This document shows, one piece after another, positions 16,630 to 24,698 of a stretch of 24,698 nucleotides of DNA. This DNA is from an uncultured archaeon (GTDB lineage Archaea > Asgardarchaeota > Lokiarchaeia > Sigyniarchaeales > SOKP01). Where the stretch lies: positions 1 through 24,698 of the forward strand of contig CAYLZE010000074.1 in assembly GCA_964388035.1 (NCBI GenBank). Direction: 5' to 3'. The notes beneath the pieces are model-generated. The model did no database searches. It was not told the DNA's origin and worked only from the letters and a program-made list of their open reading frames with translations. Every line of letters starts with the position of its first letter. Position 1 is the stretch's first letter. A program made the position numbers and the translations under genes.

Positions 16630-17902
16630 TAATTCTACCCTCTTTTTCCGTTTTTATATGAATTGAAATAATGGTAGTGATAGAGAAAAGGATTCCAGCA
16701 ATTAAAACTATAAAAGGGCCTGTTCCTTTCAATATTTCCAGTACATATGCCCAATCTGTGGACAAGATATGCATTATAATGAAAATTAAGTAAAAAACTA
16801 AACTTAGGGATAACGCATTTGATATTGTTTTAACTTTTTCCCATTTTAAGGTAATCTGCGTTATTTGAGCAAATAGTAGATAGAAATTTAAATACATTAT
16901 TATTAATGAACCAGAAAGCAAAATACTAATTAAAAAATTAGCAATTCCCTCAAGAAATAGAAATAAGAATAAAATGATTAGCATTAAACTATTTAAAATA
17001 ACCATTAGTTTTATATTGCTAATAACAGTACGGTCTATTTTTATTACAATAATGAGAGCTATCATGAGAGAAATGATATTAAAAATAGTATTCACATAAT
17101 AATTTGTTTGGGTATAATGTGAAATAATATTGGGATATAGGAATAAACTAAACATTAAGAAGAAGAACATGCCTATTCCTACAAAAATGAATAAATAGCG
17201 GGATGATAAAGGTTTCTTTTTACTTTCTTGAGAAATAGGTTCAAGAGAAAAGTTTAAGATACCACTTTTTGTAAAATATATAATGCCTATCGCTAAGGGA
17301 ATTTGAATAATCAACCATAGATATTGAGTTAGATACCAATAATCAGCAATTAACCCCGGAGGCAATAATGAAATATCTTCAGTAACCCCCAGAGATCGTA
17401 TTAAATAATCAATGAGAAACGCACTGAAAATAGAAAACATGACAATTATTAACTTGTTTTTTTTTTCTACGTGGATATCTTCTTCCATCCACTGTGATAA
17501 AAATATACTAATAAAAATGCAATAGAAGAGAATAGTGATACCGGAAAGAATCACCTGCCAAATATTAGGAAAATGGAAGGCGAGTAAAGTACGAGCTATT
17601 GCCGTTGTAAAAATAGAAAAATTCAATGTTCGTTTGACTCCCCACTTCTTACAAATAGTGTTAGTTAAAGCAGGTAAAATGTAAAATATTAGAGTAATTA
17701 AGATCATGAAATTTATAATAACGTCTTCTCCAAAGACTACATGAAACATGGCCACGTATACTCCCGGCACATAAGACCTTAAAGCTTGTATAAAGAAAAG
17801 AGTTAAAGAAATTAATATAAAAAGTAACTTGTATAATTGTTGAGAACCAATTTTCTGTTCAAATTCAGAAAATGAAAAATTTGATGCGATGGAGTCGTTC
17901 AT
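16622..17902 (-). CDS. Polytopic membrane protein (about 11-12 TM), translationally coupled to the EEP gene
   Basis: 426 aa hydrophobic ORF with an 8-bp ATGAATAG overlap with the EEP gene. GAGGGT lies just upstream of the EEP ATG. Confidence 0.85.
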   Translation of the reverse strand: MNDSIASNFSFSEFEQKIGSQQLYKLLFILISLTLFFIQALRSYVPGVYVAMFHVVFGEDVIINFMILITLIFYILPALTNTICKKWGVKRTLNFSIFTTAIARTLLAFHFPNIWQVILSGITILFYCIFISIFLSQWMEEDIHVEKKNKLIIVMFSIFSAFLIDYLIRSLGVTEDISLLPPGLIADYWYLTQYLWLIIQIPLAIGIIYFTKSGILNFSLEPISQESKKKPLSSRYLFIFVGIGMFFFLMFSLFLYPNIISHYTQTNYYVNTIFNIISLMIALIIVIKIDRTVISNIKLMVILNSLMLIILFLFLFLEGIANFLISILLSGSLIIMYLNFYLLFAQITQITLKWEKVKTISNALSLSLVFYLIFIIMHILSTDWAYVLEILKGTGPFIVLIAGILFSITTIISIHIKTEKEGRINE

Positions 17903-18200
17903 AAAAAAACAATAATCCGATTCAATTCAAAATAATTAATGTATAAATATTGAATGCTATGTATATAAATAGTCATTTGTTTTCATGATAATTATAAACT
18001 TTATTAATTAAAAATGCTTGATTCTCTAGGAGATAAGTTTAATCAAACAATAATTGCAAATCCCGAATCAATATATTTATTCAAAGTACCATATTATTCA
18101 TTCTTGTACTTTAAAATGTTCTCCTTTCTATTAAATAAGATTAGTGATCAAATATCTTAAAGCAAGATTTAAGTAAATTAGATTATTATTGTTTTTTAGC

Positions 18201-19274
18201 ATGAATGACTCTGATTATGAAAGGCGCATTATCGAGCGTCAGAGAAATCTTTCTGAAATCCTAGGGGTTTCCGGACATGAAGAAAAAGTAGTTAAGTTCA
18301 TTGTAGAGGAAATCGATCAATTCGTGGATAAGCATTGGATTGATTCGACGGGAAATCTCATGGCAATTATTAATGGCCCTACTGGGAGCCGAGGAATATT
18401 GCTTGATGCTCACACGGATGAGATTGGATTTATAATTTCTCACGTAGATGAAAGAGGATTTGCATATTTCGTACCCATGGGTGGATGGGATGAGCGCGTG
18501 TTATTAGGACAGAGTATAATCATAGAACCGAATGAAAAGCGGATCTATGGAGTAATAGGAGCATTACCCCCCCATATCGTGCCAGAGGAAGAGAGAAAAA
18601 AACCCGTTCCCTTAGATAAATTATTTATTGATTTTGGGTTTTCTTCCAGAGAAGAAGCGGAAAAGAAAGGTGTAAAAATTGGCACGGTAGGAACGTTATA
18701 TTCAGGATTCCAAGAATTAACGGGAGGGCGTTTAAAAGGCAAGGCATTTGATGATAGATCAGGATGCAATATACTAGTTCAAACGTTATTAAATGTTTCT
18801 GATAAAAAGCTTCCCTATACTCTCTGTTTTTCTTGGTCAACTCAGGAAGAATTGGGCCTAAGAGGTGCTAGAACCTCCGCATATTATTTGGACGAAAAAT
18901 ATCATATCGAAATGGGAATTGCTTGCGAAAACACGACAGCTGGAGATGTTCCCGGAGTTCCTCCCCAGAAATGTCCCTCTATACTTGGTAAAGGCCCCGT
19001 AATTACAATAATGGATTCTTCCATGATTGCATCTAAAAAAGTAAAAGAACGTTTGATAAAAGCAGCTGAAAAGAATAATATTCCCTACCAGTTTAGAGTA
19101 CCATCAAGAGGAGGTACGGATGCTGGCGTCATGCATTTAACCCGAGCAGGCATCCCTTGTGGGGTAGTTAGTGTTCCTGGAAGATACATCCATTCTCCAA
19201 ATACAATAATAGATAAAAATGATCTAATCAATGCAATCAATTTAGTAACGGGATTTCTACTTGATACCACTTAA
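18201..19274 (+). CDS. M42 family (TET/FrvX-like) metallo-aminopeptidase
   Basis: GVSGHE, DAHTDEIG, GKAFDDRSG, QEELGLRGA, GGTDAG, RYIHSP. Confidence 0.93.
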   Translation: MNDSDYERRIIERQRNLSEILGVSGHEEKVVKFIVEEIDQFVDKHWIDSTGNLMAIINGPTGSRGILLDAHTDEIGFIISHVDERGFAYFVPMGGWDERVLLGQSIIIEPNEKRIYGVIGALPPHIVPEEERKKPVPLDKLFIDFGFSSREEAEKKGVKIGTVGTLYSGFQELTGGRLKGKAFDDRSGCNILVQTLLNVSDKKLPYTLCFSWSTQEELGLRGARTSAYYLDEKYHIEMGIACENTTAGDVPGVPPQKCPSILGKGPVITIMDSSMIASKKVKERLIKAAEKNNIPYQFRVPSRGGTDAGVMHLTRAGIPCGVVSVPGRYIHSPNTIIDKNDLINAINLVTGFLLDTT

Positions 19275-19477
19275 ATGCTAGGCATGAGTTAAACCATATT
19301 TTTACTTAATTATCTAAATGGTTTTTTTTCCCCTCGATTCTCAGAAAGAACTTCTTGGAAAATTATCTTTTAGACTGATTTTTATGTAATGCAAGAACTT
19401 GAAAAGTGGGATTTTAAGGGGAAAAGATGAGTAATTAAACAAAAATGTTTTATATAAACAAAAATAATATCTTAATC

Positions 19478-20911
19478 ATGTCTATTAAATTGCCAACGCA
19501 GTTAATGAATTTATTAGAAAATGAAATTTCGCAAATGATGACACAAATGCACGTCCCGGGGGTGGCTTTAGCTTGTATTGCTGGGAATCAAGTAATTTTC
19601 GCCAAGGCATTTGGTGCGCGTAACTTAGAGAAGAATTTACCTTTAACTGTGGATACAATTGGTCCGATTGGATCTTGCTCCAAATCTTATACTGCACTTG
19701 CCATTATGCAATTAGTGAGTGAAGGAAAATTGGATATCAATGACCCTGTGAATAAATATGTTCCTTTCAATTTAGGGAAGCCAGATAATCCCATTAGAAT
19801 TTTTCATTTATTAACTCACTCATCGGGAATTCCACAACTTGGCATGGCGGATGTCATTATTAATAGATTGAGCCAACTAGAAGAGACTTATATTCCAATG
19901 AGTAGTTTAGAGGATTTCTATACTTTTGTGAATGGAGCTTCTCAATGGGTTACAGATAAACCAGGAGATCGATTCTCATATCTCAATGAGGGATATACAA
20001 TTCTTGGTGAAATTATAGAGAAAGTTACTAATATGAGTTATGAAGATTACATTAAAGAAAAGATATTTAATCCATTGGAGATGACCAGAACTACTTTCGA
20101 TGAAACAGAATATTTAAATGACCCAAACAACACGAAGGGATACATTCCAAAAGCAACAGATCATCATGTAGAAATGATAGCAAGACCACACTTATTCGGA
20201 AAATTAATCAATCCAGCAGGCGGTATCATGAGTTCCGTAATGGAACAAGCAAATTATTTAAAAATGTTAATTAATCAGGGAGTATCAGAAGAAAAAAAAC
20301 TATTAGACACTCGGCTATTTGAAGAACTGATGAAAATTCACATAAAGGTTTCTACAATGGGAATGTATATTGATGGCGTTGGTGATGAGGGTTATGGATA
20401 TGGGTGGATGATTTCTCATTATTTCGGAGAAAAAATAATTATTCATCCGGGAGGAACTGACACAGGGGTTGCTGTCTTGGCTTTCGTTCCTGATAAAAAG
20501 GTTGGTTTAGTGACTATGTGCAATTGTCGGGGAGGGGAAGCATTGATGCTTTTCATTGGTTATGCAATTTTAGCTGTGTTATTAGGTAAAAATCCAGTTA
20601 CCGATTTACCATTTCTAAATTTAATGCAAAAATTAAACACGTTCACAGGAGTATATCATACTTATAGAGGTATTATGAAAGCGAGAATTGAAAATCACGG
20701 ATTCTTGCTTCATTTTGTACGAGACGCAACAAAGATTAATCCAAGAGTGGATATTCCTCTTATCCCTGAAGATAACGGTTTTGAAACTAATAAATTTTAT
20801 GTCGTTACTGGTCCTGGTGGAAAAATGCCTGTTGAATTCTTCTTTAAAAAGAAAGAGCCTGTTTCTCTTTATTTCGGTCAAACCTATTACAAAAAAGTCA
20901 AAGACCTATAA
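19478..20911 (+). CDS. Serine hydrolase of the beta-lactamase/S12 family, Pab87 (CubicO)-like D-peptidase with C-terminal domain
   Basis: SxxK (GSCSKS), LLTHSSG, YxN (FSYLNEGY), PAGG, YGYGW and HPGG. The C-terminal GVYHTYRGIMKA...IPLIPE...KMPVEF resembles the Pab87 oligomerisation domain (from recall). Confidence 0.88.
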   Translation: MSIKLPTQLMNLLENEISQMMTQMHVPGVALACIAGNQVIFAKAFGARNLEKNLPLTVDTIGPIGSCSKSYTALAIMQLVSEGKLDINDPVNKYVPFNLGKPDNPIRIFHLLTHSSGIPQLGMADVIINRLSQLEETYIPMSSLEDFYTFVNGASQWVTDKPGDRFSYLNEGYTILGEIIEKVTNMSYEDYIKEKIFNPLEMTRTTFDETEYLNDPNNTKGYIPKATDHHVEMIARPHLFGKLINPAGGIMSSVMEQANYLKMLINQGVSEEKKLLDTRLFEELMKIHIKVSTMGMYIDGVGDEGYGYGWMISHYFGEKIIIHPGGTDTGVAVLAFVPDKKVGLVTMCNCRGGEALMLFIGYAILAVLLGKNPVTDLPFLNLMQKLNTFTGVYHTYRGIMKARIENHGFLLHFVRDATKINPRVDIPLIPEDNGFETNKFYVVTGPGGKMPVEFFFKKKEPVSLYFGQTYYKKVKDL

Positions 20912-21005
20912 TTTATTTACTATAAACAGTTTTTTATACAATCAAATCAAAGTATTTAAATATTTATGGTTAAATTCTCAAAATTAATCTTTTAATGATT
21001 TAAAA

Positions 21006-22424
21006 ATGGCAGATGGTAATATAAATATATCAGAAGTTGAAAATTATAAAGATACCACTTGGAAAAATTATTCTACTAAAAATATGATTTCATATAATTT
21101 TAAGTGGTTGACTACTGCGATAGTAGCAGGGATGATTTCGACGCGTCTTTTGTTTTTCTATGAAGTCGAAATTGGTATGCCTATATTTTTATTTACTTTA
21201 GGATATACTATTTTTACCGTATGGGATGCGATTAATGATCCTTTTATGGGTTATCTATCTGATCGCCCGAATCGATTATGGAAGCGATGGGGAAGACGAT
21301 TTCCATGGATCATAGGTGCCTCATTACCCGTTTATTTCTGTTTTTTGCTTATCTTTCTACCTCCTGATCCTTCAATAAATGTTTGGATGACATTTGCGTG
21401 GTTTTTAATAATGATAAGCCTTTATGATACTTTCGCATCACTTCGAGCGACCAATTATAATGCATTATTTCCGGATAAATTCCGTTCAGCTGAACAACGC
21501 ACAAAAGTGTCTGGCATTTCAATGGTCTTTCAAACCATAGCATTATTCTTAGCTTTTATAATACCTCCTATGCTCATAACATACGGAGAACCTAGTTCAT
21601 ATGTTTTTGCAGCAATCGTGATTGGACTGATTTCTCTTGTATTCATGGTTTTAAATATTCCTGGCATAAGGGAAGATAAAGACATGATTGAACGTGCAAC
21701 GCTACTTGCAAGAGAACCAAAACAATCGTTTTTAAAGACTTTGAAAATGGCTCTACGTCACAAAAATTATAGAGTTTGGATAATACAAAATCTCTTAACT
21801 GGAGTATTTGATACTTTATTGGTAGCTTCGATTCCATACTTTGTTAATTACATTCTAAAATTATCCGCCGATGCAGAATTAATGTTATACATACCATTTC
21901 TAATAATGGGCATATTAACAGTACCTCTTTGGATGAAATTGGGTAGAAAATTCGGACAGTTAAAAATCTTTATCGTTGGAATGTTCCTTGTGCCAATTTC
22001 ATTGATACCGTTAATGTTTATTGATAATTTAATTCAGGCTTTTATATGTCTAGCGATAATTGGAGCGACGGTTGCTTCTCATAATATAATGCAAGGTCCA
22101 GTAGTAGGGACTTTATATGACGAAGCTGCGGTTCTTAATAAAAAGCGCTTGGAGGGTTCTTACACGGGTATTAACACTTTTGTAGCAAAATTTGCAGCTA
22201 TAATTCAAGTATTTACCATCGCAATTGTGCACACCCTTACCCAATTCGATCCTACTCCTGAAGCACCTCAAAGCCCTTTAGCATTATTTGGGATTAGGGT
22301 CCAATTTGCCTTAGTTCCCATGATTTGTTGTTTTCTTGGTGCTATAATTTTTACAAAATATTGGGATCTTAAATCCGAAAAACAAATAGAAATTCAAAAA
22401 AAATTGAAAGAATTAGGAATGTAA
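21006..22424 (+). CDS. MFS transporter, GPH/MelB (MFS_2) cation symporter family
   Basis: WDAINDPFMGYLSDR, WGRRFPW, KRLEGSYTG; 12-TM pattern. Confidence 0.92.
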   Translation: MADGNINISEVENYKDTTWKNYSTKNMISYNFKWLTTAIVAGMISTRLLFFYEVEIGMPIFLFTLGYTIFTVWDAINDPFMGYLSDRPNRLWKRWGRRFPWIIGASLPVYFCFLLIFLPPDPSINVWMTFAWFLIMISLYDTFASLRATNYNALFPDKFRSAEQRTKVSGISMVFQTIALFLAFIIPPMLITYGEPSSYVFAAIVIGLISLVFMVLNIPGIREDKDMIERATLLAREPKQSFLKTLKMALRHKNYRVWIIQNLLTGVFDTLLVASIPYFVNYILKLSADAELMLYIPFLIMGILTVPLWMKLGRKFGQLKIFIVGMFLVPISLIPLMFIDNLIQAFICLAIIGATVASHNIMQGPVVGTLYDEAAVLNKKRLEGSYTGINTFVAKFAAIIQVFTIAIVHTLTQFDPTPEAPQSPLALFGIRVQFALVPMICCFLGAIIFTKYWDLKSEKQIEIQKKLKELGM

Positions 22425-22617
22425 TCAATTTTTAAAATATATTTAAAGGGATATTAATAGTATTTCCCGATTCTTCCTTTTTATTTACTTTTTAAAATTT
22501 ATTACAATATATCTAATTTTATCTATATCTTTATTAAAACTTTTTTTTTAGAGAGATTTTTTTTTAGAATTTCAAATTTTGTTTATTCCAAAAATAAAAG
22601 TGGTTATTAAATTTTAA

Positions 22618-23454
22618 TTAACCACGAGAAGTTCTTGAAGCAAGGAACATCGAATTTAATATAAATTTGTAGGCATCTTGATAATTGTTAGATACATAAG
22701 AAATAGTTCTTGATCCCTCTCTTTTAGTTCCAGGAAGCAGTTCCGCTGAAGCTGCCTGCGAAGTGTTCATGAAATCGATTTCCATTTTAATTGATCCTTC
22801 AATTTTAACGGGCTTATAATTTTTAATATTTTTCAGTGCTCTAATTGCCGCTTCTTTAATCATATGAGAGGTTTTTGTTGGAGTTAAACATTTAGCTACA
22901 TATCTATCAATACCCACTTTCACTTGAGCCGTTTCTACAAAAGGTATAAACTCTTGAGCTTCTGCACATACTTTATCATCCCCACTAACCAATATTACAG
23001 GGACTCCAAATTGACCTGCCATTAGCACGCTTAACCCAAGTTCACCAATTAAATTACCATTTAATCGTATATTATAAATTTGACTTCCAGAAATAGTATG
23101 ATTTAAAACAGCGGCTTGAGTACCACCTCTAGCATGATATCCTATTAAAAATACACCGTCAAAAGATTCATTTATTCCCTCCATCATGCATAAAAAGCGG
23201 GTAGGACCAGAGATCATTTCTGCCTCTTCATGTAGTTCTTCTAATAAGATATTGCGTTTATTCGCATGTGCTTCATTTACCACGACATTTTTTGCGCCAC
23301 CTTCAAATGCTCCTTCCACTGCAGCATTAACATCTTTAGTTAATAATTTTCTAAATCGCTCATAAGCAGGCTTGTCATCGCTTACATCAGCAGCCCCTGT
23401 CACACCCGTGGCTCCTTCCATATCAGCCGAAATATATATTTTAATAACTATCAC
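22618..23454 (-). CDS. dppA: M55 family D-aminopeptidase
   Basis: KIYISADMEGATG (DxE zinc motif), DVNAAVEGA, VNEAH, IGYHA, LNHT, GELG, LVSGDD. Confidence 0.92.
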   Translation of the reverse strand: MIVIKIYISADMEGATGVTGAADVSDDKPAYERFRKLLTKDVNAAVEGAFEGGAKNVVVNEAHANKRNILLEELHEEAEMISGPTRFLCMMEGINESFDGVFLIGYHARGGTQAAVLNHTISGSQIYNIRLNGNLIGELGLSVLMAGQFGVPVILVSGDDKVCAEAQEFIPFVETAQVKVGIDRYVAKCLTPTKTSHMIKEAAIRALKNIKNYKPVKIEGSIKMEIDFMNTSQAASAELLPGTKREGSRTISYVSNNYQDAYKFILNSMFLASRTSRG

Positions 23455-23736
23455 TCCTTTAAAGTTCTATTTTTATTTCTATTTAATATAATAATTTATA
23501 ATTATAAGGTATGATTTAATTATTTGAAACTTTATGTAAATAAAAGCGATCTGTTTGAAGATAAATCCTTTCATCTTGATAAATTGCAAAGTTAAGCCAA
23601 ATTTTATTATCCGGGTACACTACAAAAATAAAAAACCCAAAATTTCAAGATTTTGAGGAGCTACGGCAAAATTTATTGAATTTGGGTTGCCGACAAAAGA
23701 AAATTTGCTCGTAAGAACCCTATTTTTTAATTTAAC

Positions 23737-24037
23737 TCATGCCTTTGTTAAATTTTTATATCCTGAATACTTATCTTCAATTTGCTTAATTTTTTTCTGA
23801 ATTTTTAGCATTGAAGCAACTTCATTCAGATCTCCTCCTAAAAATGTTCCAATAATTCCTTTTGCAATAAAACCTCATACTTGGAAAGCATTATTCTGCC
23901 CGATAATTGTGCCAATCTTTAAATCAAAATATCCATAATATTTGGTTAAATGCTTTTAAATGAACTTTTTTCCGTTCTTATGCCCATTTTTTATTCTCTT
24001 TTATTTTTACATTTAATTCCGTGCAGATCTTTGAGAT
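23737..24037 (-). pseudogene. Possible degraded gene fragment of unknown family
   Basis: A protein-like reading (ISKICTELNVKIKENKKWA*ERKKVHL / HLTKYYGYFDLKIGTIIGQNNAFQV*GFIAKGIIGTFLGGDLNEVASMLKIQKKIKQIEDKY...) needs two stops and one frameshift. Confidence 0.25.
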
Positions 24038-24370
24038 GAGATGATTTAAATGTCGCTTAATAGCTTTCTTGAACGTTTTTGCCAAACATTTCTTAAATTT
24101 ATCTTGATATTGCCGTACATTGAACCCCAAGAAGTCAAAACCTTCATTCCGATGGATTATCTTCGTTTTAGCGTCATTCAAATTCATTCCCCTTTCCGCC
24201 AAGAACTCTCGTAATCTGGGAAGGATAGTCCTTATCACGAGTTGCACGAAAGATCCGTTCCTGAAGCCGTCTTACATGCTCTTTGGGCACCTTCTAATGG
24301 ATGGCTTCCCAATCCTCCGTATATCCGTTGGATTATTCAATGAGTACATTCATCATCTAACTTCTCCTTC
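24038..24370 (-). mobile_element. Internally deleted, degenerate group II intron reverse transcriptase/maturase remnant
   Basis: GAAGGAG RBS, then ATG 24356: MMNVLIE*SNGYTEDWEAIH*KVPKEHVRRLQERIFRATRDKD (RVT_N-type W..I.W.....V.RLQ.RI motif). It is joined out of frame at about 24227 to ILPRLREFLAERGMNLNDAKTKIIHRNEGFDFLGFNVRQY...KKAIKRHL (RT subdomains 6-7 and start of the thumb). Confidence 0.85.
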
Positions 24371-24406
24371 GGTTGAGACTTCTCAAGACTTTCATTTCGT
24401 TGAGAC

Positions 24407-24598
24407 TTGTTTCGAAAGTTAACGCTCTTTCAGGATTACTTGGATATATTAGATTCAGAATACAAGGATATCTGGGGTGAGGGCGCGGACTTTAACGGAA
24501 ATTTCTATTTATTTATTAATGGACTGAAAAAAATATGGTATCCTCAAATAAAAGAACCATGGTTCTTAAATAATCCCAGAATCAAGCCACCCAGATAA
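24407..24598 (+). pseudogene. Possible 3' fragment of an unknown gene or small hypothetical protein
   Basis: Protein-like composition (FQDYLDILDSEYKDIWGEGADFNGNFYLFINGLKKIWYPQ...), a weak TTG start, and adjacent to the intron remnant. Confidence 0.3.
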
Positions 24599-24698
24599 GG
24601 AATTTAAATAAATTTACTCAAAGATAAATCGTTTCAGATCATGAATCCTTTTTTTACAAAAACTTTGTAAATTAACTAATAAAAAAAAGAAATTAAAA

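Noticed and set aside
18921-18950. M42 metal-ligand position reads CENT instead of the common xDVT
   Set aside because: A conservative Asp>Glu change that can still bind metal; all other ligands are intact.
19326-19425. 9-bp inverted repeat TTTTCCCCT/AGGGGAAAA about 80 bp apart (possible MITE)
   Set aside because: Short, low-complexity, no target-site duplication and no second copy in the window.
478-21837. Short alternative-frame or antisense ORFs in the track (e.g. 478..660, 1837..2073, 7887..8297, 10490..10933, 13203..13520, 14676..15005, 20688..20987)
   Set aside because: They lie inside or opposite well-supported genes and carry no recognisable motifs, so they are treated as shadow ORFs.
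23978-24370. RT fragment as part of a retron, DGR or CRISPR-associated RT system
   Set aside because: The motifs are group II intron type and the catalytic YADD region is deleted. No template/variable repeat pair, msr-msd, cas gene or array is visible.
24120-24422. 100-aa plus-strand ORF
   Set aside because: It is the antisense shadow of the group II intron RT remnant.
1-24698. CRISPR arrays, tRNA/rRNA genes, intact transposases
   Set aside because: No regularly spaced repeats, cloverleaf or rRNA-like GC-rich segments, or transposase motifs were seen by eye.

Overview
AT-rich, gene-dense window that looks archaeal: TATA-like boxes, oligo-T 3' tracts and a GGAGGTG ribosome-binding site. The gene content is typical of a heterotrophic Asgard/Lokiarchaeia-like genome (inference, not proven). 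It mostly encodes catabolic hydrolases and transporters: penicillin-acylase-family Ntn hydrolase, nucleoside hydrolase, GH3 glycosidase, sulfatase, M42, S12 (Pab87-like) and M55 (DppA) peptidases, and two GPH/MelB-type MFS carriers. Two elements stand out. (1) A P2-like P-type ATPase in which the M4 PEGL ion gate reads PVNL and the M6 Ca2+ ligands are replaced, which resembles the hydrophobic gate of eukaryotic P4 lipid flippases. (2) A translationally coupled polytopic membrane protein and membrane-anchored EEP phosphoesterase that resemble a split form of the eukaryotic GPI lipid remodelase Cwh43/PGAP2IP, followed by an MFS carrier that lacks the cation-binding aspartates. Several decayed elements are missed or only partly seen by the ORF track: an internally deleted group II intron RT, a nonsense-inactivated PIN toxin behind an intact antitoxin, a 5'-truncated duplicate of a membrane gene, and an in-frame TGA in a DmsB-like Fe-S gene. 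All homology calls come from motif recognition and recalled family sequences, not from database searches.
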